A stretch of 64,000 nucleotides of DNA from Dipteris shenzhenensis. Taxonomy: Eukaryota. Position 1 is the stretch's first letter; every line of letters starts with the position of its first letter. Location of the stretch: assembly GCA_047967505.1 (NCBI GenBank), contig CM106538.1; one strand, written 5' to 3'. Shown one piece after another: positions 1-11,093 of the stretch. A program made the translations under genes and the position numbers. The notes beneath the pieces are model-generated. The model saw only the letters and a program-made list of their open reading frames with translations, searched no databases and was not told where the DNA came from.

Positions 1-137
1 GCAGTGCTCACCGGTATCTAATTTGTCTGCATATGTGGCTCCTGAAACAACAACAGCTGGATGGGGTTCAGGAGTTGGTGCTGTTGCTTTTGATCCATCA
101 AAAGGAGGTTCAGTCTTGGTGCTCTTGATAACGGAGG
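1..137 (+). CDS. MED16: MED16 exon (5'-truncated by the window edge)
   Basis: Frame from nt 2 reads QCSPVSNLSAYVAPE...WGSGVGAVAFDPSKGGSVLVLLITEG, matching the plant MED16/SFR6 motif WGSGVTAVAFDPTRGGSV. Donor GTAGGT at 138, phase 1. Confidence 0.9.
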
Positions 138-580
138 GTAGGTCATTTGGTTTTTCCTTTCGTCTTTACCAAATCCTGAATTTCAGTATATTCAACCTTT
201 CCTAGTTTCACCTTAGCTATTTTTAAAAAAGCGTATAATATTTCTAACAGCATCCCAACAGCATATTTCTAAGCATGTATGCTGTTGTATCAAGAAAGGT
301 TTGCGCTCTTTTTTTGAAAAAAGTAGACTGGGCTGAAACTCTATGTTTTTTGATAAGCATCAGACAAGCCTTTGCAAATGGATTATATTTGCTTGTTGGA
401 AGAAAATCTAGTGAATGAGCAGATAGTTTGATCTTCTCATTATGTCATAACCGTCAGTTGACTTTCTGTATGTTGTGCTTGACGGTGCAATTTGCTTCGT
501 TCCGAATTTATAAAGATTTATTTTGTGCTTCTAACTGGTCCTCCAAGTATCTTATTAAAATGATTGCAAGCTGATTACAG

Positions 581-1172
581 GCCATTATTTTTCACCGACT
601 TATCCTGATGAGAGGTCTTCCATCACGGGATTTAGAGTGCAACGCTGGGAGAGTTCACAGCAAAAAGTGGCTATACATCCACTGTTTGAACCTGCTGCCA
701 CAAGCTATTCTGGTTCATCACCTCCCACAACAACAATGTGGAAGGCCACTGCAGAGAAATTCATCCCAGCTATTAAAAGTTTCACAGGGGAAGAAACAGC
801 TGCAGGCGATTCTGGTGCTAGTAACGAATCACGTTGGCAGTTGGCAGCAGATCGACCAAGCACTGTTAGACCTCGTTCAAAGCTGACGTTTTCAGCCCAT
901 GGAGCAGAATTGTCTGCAGCTACTCCTTTTGGAGATGTTCATATTTACTGTGGTTCTAGTCTTACTCCTATGGACAGCTATTGTATTAGAATGGGCCTTT
1001 TGTGTGCTGCTCCCGCCTTTTCACCAACTGGGTGCTGTTTGAGTACAGTTTGGCATGACCGTAAGAGGGATTGCAGTGCCTTGAAAATAATTCGGGTTAA
1101 TCCACCAGCAGTTCCTGGTGTGCAAGCAACCAGCACTTCTACTACAGCTTGGGAACGTGGCTTAGCTGATAG
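581..1172 (+). CDS. MED16: MED16 exon
   Basis: Acceptor TTACAG at 580. Reads GHYFSPTYPDERSSITGFRVQRWESS...FSAHGAELS...AFSPTGCCLSTVWHD...TAWERGLADR. Donor GTAGAC at 1173. The 592 nt length keeps phase (1 to 2). Confidence 0.93.
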
Positions 1173-1489
1173 GTAGACTCTTCACTTGCTTTCAATATTT
1201 AGTTATAGTTACAGAAGAATACTGATAACAAATTTGGGTTCAAAGCAAAGATGTGTTAATTGGAATTGAATCTGGAATGAATGCAATGGCAATATCCCTT
1301 TAAGATTTTCCAAGGGGTTAATGATTTATCATTTCTAAACCCCTTTAAGATTGTCGAAGGGGTTTCAAAGGGTTAATAATTAGTCATTTATGAACCCCAA
1401 AGTAACAAACGTCATCATTTGAACAAACAAGCATTTGGAGCATCCTCATGGTACAAGCTTTATGAGGTCTCAGGTCAAGGAGAGCCTAC

Positions 1490-1680
1490 ATTGGCTTGGT
1501 TTAGACCTGTTCCATCTTCGTCTTCAATGCTAGGGTTGGTTGCCTTGATTTGTGCTAGAGTCTCACTGTACGTATCCTCCTCATTTTGAGCTAGCCTTCA
1601 GGGAAGCCTCCTATTCTGATCTTCAATGGCTTTGTACTCCTTAATCTCAGACTGGATGTCCGTTTTTTGCAGCCCATAGC
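1490..1680 (-). mobile_element. Frameshifted LINE ORF1 fragment resembling the ORF1-only element at 38.5-39.8 kb
   Basis: Minus-strand pieces QKTDIQSEIKE and KPLKIRIGGFPEG resemble NKADLYMEVKE...MILRIGGL*DG at about 39.0 kb. Confidence 0.3.
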
Positions 1681-1786
1681 TGAAACTAACCCCTAGGGTC
1701 GTGCTGGGGGTGGGAAGAGACCGGGGACCTGAGTGGAGAGACTGCACAAGGACTTGAGCGGGGAATTAAGCTAGGCGGAGCTCGGG

Positions 1787-2090
1787 AGAAAGAAAGAAAG
1801 AAAGAAATTTTATTAGAGTCTTCGGAAGACCGATGGGTCTATGAGACTGAAAGAAAACCTGATACAAATCACAGTAAGGGTGGAGCTACTGAAGTCTGAA
1901 ATGAGCATCATCACCCGTGCTGAACCCTAAGTCTGATCATACATAATCAAATACATCTGGATGTAACCACCGTGACTCCCATGGGATGTATCCCGGCTCT
2001 AAACAATGACGGGAGGTCCCCCAGAGTGATTTGTGTCCCCCCTCGATGTCTTGTGTGTCGTGCTGCGGTCGTCGGGTTGGGGTCTGTGTC
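1787..2090 (-). mobile_element. RTEX-like LINE, 5'-truncated 3' end (subfamily A)
   Basis: Reverse complement of the 3' region at 7130-7515, including the GTCTCATAGACCCATCGGTCTTCCGAAGAC hairpin, AATAAA and (TTTC)n tail. Confidence 0.85.
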
Positions 2091-2941
2091 ACGGGGCTAA
2101 GCAGGGAAGAGGGGCTGAAAGGAGAGGCTAAGCGGGGAAGGGGGGGGGGGGGAGAGGCTCGGCCATGACCTGAGTGGGGCTGAGGGGGCAACATGAGTGA
2201 AGCAAGATGCAGCCTGCAACAGAGAAGATGTACTTGAAGAGGCGAAATCCACACATGAGGGTTTCGAAGCTGTATACTAGCAAAATTGACCCGTTCTTTG
2301 CAGTTGCAGTCTCCAAGAAGAAGCTTAGTAAATCTAGAGGCATTTGAAAGATTCTGTAGCAAAAAGGAGCGGGTGATTTCACACATAATCTGGAGCAGTT
2401 TTCATTAATTTGCAGATTTTTGCATTGTGTAAACAGCTTGGGGTTTAGATTGACCATTTATGCCAAAATCTGCTGAAGAAATGCACAGAAATGCTTTTGT
2501 ATGTCGGGATGGCTCAGATTTTACAGAAATTGCACTGCAGTGTTGAAATTTGGTGAAAATCAGGCTGGAATTGCTGATTTGGGTTTCCTTGTAGTGTTTG
2601 CTGGACAATGAAAGTTGCATAGAGCATATAATTTCTGTATTTCTGCAGGCGAAATTCATAGCATGCAATGTGCTTTTCTACCCCACTTTGCCACCCTTTG
2701 TGCTTTCATTTAGAGTGCAAATACTCGGACATCCCGTTCTCCATGACTAACAAGTTGTCTTGCACATTCCTGGAGTCCAGTCCGGGTTGCAAAACTCGGT
2801 CAAGTCTGCAGAAGTTTATAAAGTCTAATTTTGGGGTATTTGCGTTTATGCAGGGTATTGCACCTAATCTCAGCAAGAGATTGCCACCTAGTGCTGTGTG
2901 TTTAAGATTTCCAGGTTTGTGCCTTAGATTTGGAACATTAT

Positions 2942-3586
2942 TGTGATCAAATAGTGAAATTTTAACCACACCACAAACTCAACTTGTGGAACAAAACACA
3001 GCTGCTAGAGTCAATTCGCACCTTGGAAACAAGCCTGGAACTGGCTGGAAACATCAATCGCAGTACTCTGGAGCAAATCGCAGATGGGGTTAGACCTCGT
3101 ATGGAAGCTGGAAACTTCAGACCCCCCCCCTTCCCCAAATCCCCTGGCACAATATAGATATCTTGTAGAAAGCGAATCAGGTGGGAGTAGAGTCTGGGTA
3201 CAATTCTCAATAGAATTGAGAGCATAATGGCCCTTATTTTATAGACTAGGCCAACCACCTAGAGAGCATGTGCTTTCTAAAAGTTGGGCCTGCTTTTCTT
3301 GCGTAAATTAGGTGCTTTTCTTTAGAAAGTCGAGCTTTCTCCAAAATTTTGGGCTTTTCCCCGCAAGCAAGCGCTTTTCTCCATTGCTTTTGGCTCAATT
3401 GGGCCCTACGTTAATTGGGATGCCACTTGTCCTGTGCTTTTTCCGTTGAATAATGGGGGAATTCAGCACTCTCAAAAAACCTGCCCCTTGCACAAACAAT
3501 ATCCAACAGTTTAACCTATTAGACGTTAGCCAAATGCATGCATTCTAGTTCTTGGACGAACCTTGTCCCTTGTGGGCGTCCCCACA
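2942..3586 (-). mobile_element. Probable LTR remnant; 2160-2941 may belong to the same element
   Basis: TGTG...CACA termini and a minus-strand TATA (TTTTATAG at about 3237). No clean TSD or PBS seen. Confidence 0.35.
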
Positions 3587-3644
3587 TTGTTATTTAACCA
3601 ATGCAACACAAAGGAAAATAGAACTTGTAGGTTGTTGACCGGCA

Positions 3645-6600
3645 TCGTCGGGCTCCCACCCGTACCCCCTAGGGGGACGGGGCCTATGAGACTCAGGTTT
3701 CCGAAACCCTAGATTGCACCATTTGGAACTGTAATGGTACCTTATGGTCAGACCTAGTGAACTTCTCGGAGTCTTATACAGGACGAGACATAGTCTTTTA
3801 CACGGAGACACACCAGAGCCCAGAGCGTCCACTACCGATAGTCAGTGACTACACATGGGAGTCAGCCTTCAGGGATGAGACGAGGGATACAGGAGGAGTT
3901 CGAGGATGAGGCGAGGTCGCAGTATTGTATAGGTCTTCCCTCGCTGGAGCCATCTCCATTGAGAGGAAGGACGCACACTCCCGATTTATGTGGATCCGGA
4001 TCCGACGCACAAACACCCGTGACCTTTTCATAGCAATATGCTACTTCCCACTTTGCCAAAGTGGCACGAGAGGAGGGTGAGACATCGCCATATGCACCCT
4101 TACATCAGGATATCCTAGACATTTCAGCCCACGGGGAAGTTCTCCTTGTTGGGGACTTTAACGCCAGGACAAGCACGTGCCAGGCACCACTCTTGGACTT
4201 CCGAGACGACTCTATCATGCTACCAGACATGGACCTAGACGGAGCAGGTATGACCATGACCTCATCGGACCGACACGGGCCTGTTACACCATATGGACAC
4301 GCGCTCCTTGATCTGGGCAGGAGGATGCATGATCTCATCATCTACAATGGGCTTGACCTATGGCCCTCCTCAGGTGGCTTTACTTGCTTCCCACACGGGG
4401 GGGGGCACTAGTGTAGTAGATTACATCATGGGATCCCCTACCTTCACTTCATGTATCACCAACTTCACCGTAGCATCACTCCCTCTAGGAGCTGATCACA
4501 CATACCTATTCTTCACTATTGCCACCCCACGCTTAGCCACACCACACACACCATAGGAAGCACGACACCTACCACTACATACACTTTGATCACAGCCTCT
4601 CACTGGCCTACTCTGGACGCCTAAACAGACTCCTAACCTACATTGATCACATACCACTCATAGAGGACCGTGCTGCCCTGATTAGTCGCACACTCCACGA
4701 GGCTGTCCTCCAAATCTTTCCCCACACCACACGGTCCACTAGACCACCACCTCTTGGTTCTGTACCTTGCAACAATTGGTACGATGCGGAGTGCAAGGCT
4801 TATCGCCGACAGCTCCGACTTGAAACCAAATGTCACGTCTCGAACACACCAGAGACGGTACACAAGTACCGACGTCTCGTACGTCGGAAGAAGCAGGAAT
4901 TTCTTCGTCGAAATGAGGAGCTGTTGCACATCTTGTACAGCAACAACTCTAAGGATTTTTGGCAGAGATTCCTTGAGCGTAGGTCTCCATCACCCCTCAG
5001 CGACACGAGAGTCTAGCACACATATGCACACCATCTTTATGATGTTCCACACCAGCCTACTCCAGATCTCATACACACACTTCGTCCCACCACTTGCTCG
5101 TTGCTCACCAGAGGGGGAGTTAAGGACGCAACATTGAAACTGCACAATGGCCGAGCTAAGGATCACGAGGGGCTATGCACTGAGTTTATCGCATATGGGA
5201 TCGACATGTTAGCCCTGATTCTAGCAAAGCTATTCAATGACACTGTTTGCCTTGGCTTCCTCCGCACGTGGATACTCAACACCATCACCCCCATCCACAA
5301 GGCAGGGGATCCCATGGACCCGAGTAACTACAGGACTATCATGATTGGACATGTGATGTCCAAGATCTATACAGCTGTATTGGATGCGTCGGTCAGCCTG
5401 TTCGCAGGGATGAGAGGGCTCAGAGCAGAGGGTCAGGCCGGTTTAATGCGAGACCATGGGACTATGGATCACATACTCACACTCAGGAGTGTCATTGAGG
5501 AGGCCAAATCACGGAAGGAGAGGGTATATTGCTGCTTTGTGGATTTCCGCAAAGCCTTTGACACAGTACCTCGAGCTCGTCTCATCACACACCTACAGAC
5601 ACTAGGATTTGATCAGGAGATCATCTGGGCAGTCATGGCGCTATATGAGAGTGTCTCAGGTCGAGTTCGTACATGCGCAGGTTGGACCGATGAGATCTTG
5701 AGTACCATAGGAGTCAAATAGGGTTGTCCCTTATCACCGACCCTGTTTGGCCTCTACATCGATGAGCTTGAGACTTTCATGGGGGCTTTCAGAGGGACCG
5801 GTTGCTCACTTGTGGGGATCATCATCAGGATTCTTCTTTATGCAGATGACGTGGCACTCTTGTCGCCTACACCCGAGGGGCTCCAGTGACACCTGGATGC
5901 ACTGCAGGCTTTTTGTTTATCCCATGATTTGGAGGTCAACCTTGGCAAGACCAAGGTCATGATCTTTAACACCTCTCGAGCAAACATGCAACGGAAGCAG
6001 TTTACTTTTACTTTCGGTGGGTCACCAGTTGAGATCGTATCCTCATACACTTACTTAGGGGTCATCTTCTTCGGCCCGATCTTCACGATCAGACTAGCGA
6101 TGCAGGCCAGACTGAGGAGGGGATACGCCTCACTAGCTCGGCTAGATAGACAATGCTTCCACTCCCTTTTCCAGGACCCTCGAACCAAGGCTCTTCTCTT
6201 CGACTCCTTGGTCCGACCAGCCGGTATGTATGGCCGCCCTTGTTGGGGGCTTGACATGTTAGAGATAGAGTGGACACGCGTGGAGCGCCTGCAAATCCTC
6301 ATGCTCACACGGATGATCGGGGGGAAACCGTCTATACCACATCACATCATTCAGGCCGAGTTTGGTGCTTCTCCACTCCATCTAGATGCAGCCTTTCAGA
6401 CCATTATATATCTACACCGGGTTAGATCATATGGGGACTGCGCATTAGGGAGACAGAGGTTGCCATGGTTGGCTCTCGATTCCTCCATGAGGTTGGCAGC
6501 AGAGGGAGACGAGCGATGCTGGTATGCACGGACTCACAGATGGTTTGTGAGACTAGGGTTCCACATCGATAGGATACCTCCTTTTCAGTATAGTTTAGAT

Positions 6601-7515
6601 TACTGTCTTCATATTTCGGAGGAGGTTTTCATCACACCACCGGGGTACACTGAGCTTCATATGCCTCACTCACTACGGATCTCCATCGGACAGTTTCGGG
6701 TATCATCACACCGCCTCCGCATAGAGAGCAGCACAGCAGAGGGGATTCCTAGGGAGCATCTCTTATGCATATTGTGCGACTGTCGAGAGGTCAAGTCGGA
6801 GGAGCATTTTATTTTCAGGTGCCCAGTGTACTACGAGCTCCGAGGTCGCTACCACTGCTTCTTCAGAGACAGCTCTGGGCTCCTTCCCAGATTCCTCGCC
6901 TACCCAGATCAGAGATGCCTCACGGCCTTCATTCATGAGGGGGTCTGACACAGAGAGTACTTACTTAGGCGACGGGGCTTGGCCACATCATCAGACACCT
7001 CTCAGAGCAGGATCATAGAGTTCTTCCCATCGAGTGACATTGATCGTCCAGTCTCTAGCTGCAGACGTGACAGAGACCCCGACCCGACGACCGTAGCACG
7101 ACACACGAGACATCAAGGGGACACACAAATCACTCTGGGGGACCTCCCGTCATTGTTTAGACTCGGGATACGTCCCACGGGAGTCACGGTGGCTTTGGTC
7201 TTGCGTTGAGGCTCGTCTAGGAGACCAAGACGTACAACACCCCTTGACGGGCACCAGCGTCCCATCATTGGCTATGCACCAGCTAGGGCGACATGACATA
7301 TGGAGGATTCCGCTCCGCTCCAGGTCCTTTTCTTTTCATTGTTACATCCAGATGTATTTGATTTGATTATGTATGATTAGACTTAGGATTCAGCATGGGT
7401 GATGATGCTCGTTTCAGTAGCTCCATCCTTATTGTGATTTGTATCAGGTTTTCTTTCAGTCTCATAGACCCATCGGTCTTCCAAAGACTCTAATAAAATT
7501 TCTCTCTTTCTTTCT
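3645..7515 (+). mobile_element. RTEX-like LINE with near-complete decayed ORF2 (APE endonuclease, RT, CCHC, C-terminal extension)
   Basis: EN motifs IWNCNG, GDFNART, SVVDY. RT motifs NYRTI, FVDFRKAFDTV, GVK*GCPLSPTLF, LLYADD, YTYLG. C-terminal FRVSSHRLRIE...CX2CX9HX4C. 3' hairpin, AATAAA and TTTC tail. LINE identity is secure; the RTEX clade assignment is inferred. Confidence 0.88.
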
Positions 7516-8011
7516 AGTTAATCGAGGTCAACTTTCTTTGATTGAAGTAAATCTCAAAGATTTCTCTTTATTTCTTGGGAGAAGCTACAAACTTGTGACA
7601 ACTATTGGTAAGGAAACCGCTTGAGTGACCGAGGCGAGACTTGTCGTACGCGTTAGGGTTGCAGAGAGAATCACTTGATGGTTAAACAAAGTATGCTGAT
7701 AGTCTCTTGCAAACATTTAGAATGTTGGATTGCTTGAATAGCAAGCTAAGTAAGAATGACGCTATTGGAAAGTTCAATGGTGGTCTCTTATACAAATTTG
7801 ATGGGCAGCCTTATCTTTAATGTTAACCAGCTCGGACAATTCCTATTGTACAAATTGTCTAGCTAGTTTATGCACAGCCTGATGCTCACACAATCAAATG
7901 TAGCTAATGCAGTTTCTTTTGCATTATGCTAGAGTGCCTTTGGGATTCATAGGTTCACAGATTAATAGGAGATATAGATGCCCATGCGTGGCCAATCTTC
8001 ATCATTTGGCA

Positions 8012-8198
8012 TGGCATGCGTTTCATGGGTTAGTAAGAGACACTCATGGATCTCTCTTTCATCCAAAGAAGCTGAATATAAAGCTGCATATGGAGCCACT
8101 ATGGAATGCATGTGGTTAAGGACATTAATGTAGAAGGTTTGGATGGCATTCGTTTCATGGCTTAGTAAGAGACACTTATGGATCTCTTTTTCATCCAA
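8012..8198. repeat. Local direct duplication (about 55 bp unit, about 130 bp period)
   Basis: TGGCAT.CGTTTCATGG.TTAGTAAGAGACACT.ATGGATCTCT..TTCATCCAA occurs at about 8012 and 8143. Confidence 0.75.
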
Positions 8199-8746
8199 CC
8201 GGAGAGCAAGCTCAAATGCGGGACTACATCATGCTATGCATGAGGGGGGGGGGGGAAACAGCTCAAAAGCAACTAATAAAAAACCAAGGCGGAGGCTGAA
8301 AATGCCATCTCAACCTTAAGGGAGACTCAGAGAAGAAAGGAGATCCTCTCCAAACTCTGAGAAAAGCAAGTCTCTTGGCAGTGGCTGCTCTGGAGGATCC
8401 CTGCATGCTCGACCAGATGGGCATCAGAGTCTGTACTGTGCCGGTCCAAATACTACCCATAGCCTGGTAAGGGTGAACCTGGGTACCCTCCATCGATTGT
8501 GTACACCTGGCTCTCCAAATATGCCAAGCTGTAATGCTAGCTAGAATCTCCCATGATGTGTCTACTGAGGCATGAGCAGCTCTGAAAGGAGTGAAGGGAA
8601 CATCCTAGAGGGAACAAGACTCCACTGAGTGTCACGCTGGATTTGGATCATGTCCCTCGAAGAACACTTGAGGACCATTAAGAGATACTAGGTCATATAG
8701 AAAGGTGCTGTATGAAAGATAATGTAAATCCTAGCAACACCTTTTT

Positions 8747-8782
<36 letters not shown>

Positions 8783-8975
8783 AGAGGTAGGGAAGGGGGA
8801 GGTGAGAGGGAGGTAAGTAGGTAGAGGGGGAGAGGAGGTGGGGAGGGAGAGGTTGAGAGGGGGAGGCGGGGAATGGAGGCGGTGGAGGGGCTCTGAGGGC
8901 TGAGAGAGTGAGGGAAGGGCTGAGGGGGAGGGGCTGAAGGGAGAGGGCAGCTAGAGGGGGAGGAGCAGCAGCTGC
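8198..8975 (-). mobile_element. L1 3' fragment joined to a (TC)n / CT-rich leader
   Basis: 8198-8745 parallels 48375-48940 (LRWHFQP.PWF end of ORF2 and the 3'UTR). 8748-8975 is a purine-rich tract on the + strand. Confidence 0.8.
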
Positions 8976-10855
8976 TTCATTTGGTATGGGTTTCTATGTC
9001 CACATGGGATGAATTCGTGCACTTATGTACTCTTGAGACATTGCCTTGAGTACTTGAGCCCTACCATTGAGAGGAAAAATGAAGGGCACGATGCATGGTA
9101 ATGTGGTTAGTGAACTATGTTTTGGCCATTCAAAGCAATTTGAAGCCTTTTGGGAACACTTCATACGTTACTTGTAAAAAATCCCTAAAAACTTACTTAA
9201 TACCACTGCAACTCCTTTCGCCTAGCGTTCCACGACTCCTTTGATGCCTCACCTGTCTGAGCCCCTCTTGAGTCTCTGCCCTCTCTCTAACTCCCTACCT
9301 TGTCTTAGCCCTCTCTTAGCGCCCCTTGCCCTCCTAGCCCTCTCTCAACCCCTTGCTCTCTCTCAATTCTCCTTAACCCTCTGTTAGCCTTTTATGGATT
9401 GTGTGGAGGCAATGGACCAAAAAAACGAAGCAAGAGAGCCAAAAACGATCTGTAGGCTGTTATTGCAGCAGCACTTAAGTGCAAGTGAAAGTAGAACTGA
9501 AGTGATGGGACGTCACTTTGAGACTAACCCTAAAACCCTAGGCCGATCAACCCATTGGGCAAGATTAAGTTATAAGGGTTGACTTCATCCAATGAACTAA
9601 TGGTGCTAGTGTGCTAGCACATTAACTAACACTAGCTTACAAGGCCATACCAGGGGCTAACCTATCACCCTTGCCCTTTCTCAGCCTTATCTCATTCTCT
9701 TACAGCCCCCTCTTTATTCTCACATCCCTCCCACTCAGCCCTGTCTCATTTCCTTTTCCTCCTCTTTCTTAATCTTCTATCTCCCAAACCCTTATAGGCT
9801 CCTCTATCCTCTCAAACCCCATCTTAGGCTTATAAGTTCGTAGCCCACTTTCTCTATTTCAGTCTATGGTCCACTTGTTTCAAAATTCACCATGCCCAGA
9901 CCACCATGACTTTTTATGGTGGCATGTGGATATTTTAGGCCATCTATGTGTTTCCTATACTTCTCTACATGGAAATTGGAATGTCAGTATTTTCCCTCCC
10001 CCCTCCCCCTCCCCCATTTTTAAAGGGACAAAGAAAATGTAACCAATCTAATGCACATATTAAAATACAAAAAATGAAGTTGTTTCGAAGCTTACACCTA
10101 AGCGCCTCAAATGCTGTGCATCTAAAGACTTGTGCAACCATAGCCCATTCATCGTGAAACATACTCTTGTGTCTTGCATCTCCACTCTCTTGCTCCTCTA
10201 GTGCACTTTTAAATCTGACGTTTTCATTGTACATATTGTCAATGAATATGTTTCTCAGCTCATACCACTCAGCTTAATATATAATGGCTAGCCTGCAATC
10301 TTTGCTAGCTTGATAATGACACTTCTGTGCCCTTTGTAAGACCTTGTGCCGTTGAGGTCTTTATCTCTTATAGGTCCATCCACTTCTTGACCCTAGTTCA
10401 TTTTGATCTCGGGGTAACCTTGTTAAAGTCTTCGAAAAACTTAGGACTTGCCATATGACAAGTACCCCACCAAATCACGAGTTGATTTATAGATCATACA
10501 CCTAGTATGATAAAAAAACGTTTCCAAGTCATTTTGTTACTCAAGGGTGTCTACATGTGTGCGTACAATGCTTGTATCACACTTACTCCAAGAATATTTC
10601 TACATCTCTAAACTTGTGAGCATTTCTAAACGTTTTGCATTATTCTTTATATCATTCGTTTTTTTTTTTGGGGGGGGGGTTCAAAAGGAGCAACAAATGA
10701 CCTTCGAGTTGATAGAATAAACCATCTATCTATTTATTCTTTTTGGCTGCTTCTGCATACACTTACACGAATTCATGACCACTCAAAAATAATTGAATGA
10801 GTAAAGGTTTTTGGGCACAACTTTGTGGTTGATGTTGACTCTATTTGCGCTGTTT

Positions 10856-10917
10856 GTTATTGAGCATTATTTGTGATCTGATTAGAGTTATTGAGCATTA
10901 TTTGTGATCTAATTAGA
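10856..10917. repeat. 31-bp tandem duplication upstream of the exon
   Basis: GTTATTGAGCATTATTTGTGATCT(G/A)ATTAGA twice. Confidence 0.9.
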
Positions 10918-11013
10918 GTGTCCATGTCCTTTTGAGATTATCTTGGAAGATCTTTTATGGGGGGAGATGTGCTGCTAATTATGGGCTCTTTTGTTGTGTT
11001 GATGTTGTCCTAG

Positions 11014-11093
11014 GTTTTGGTGGAGCCTAATTTCAGAGGTGGACTGGTGGGATTCAATTGGTTGTACTCAAAGTGCAGTTGAAGATGGCCTTG
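11014..11093 (+). CDS. MED16: MED16 exon (80 nt, absent from the ORF track)
   Basis: Acceptor CCTAG. Reads (R)FWWSLISEVDWWDSIGCTQSAVEDGL, the MED16 FWWSL..VDWWD..GCTQSA.EDG motif. Donor GTGAGC. Phase 2 to 1. Confidence 0.93.
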
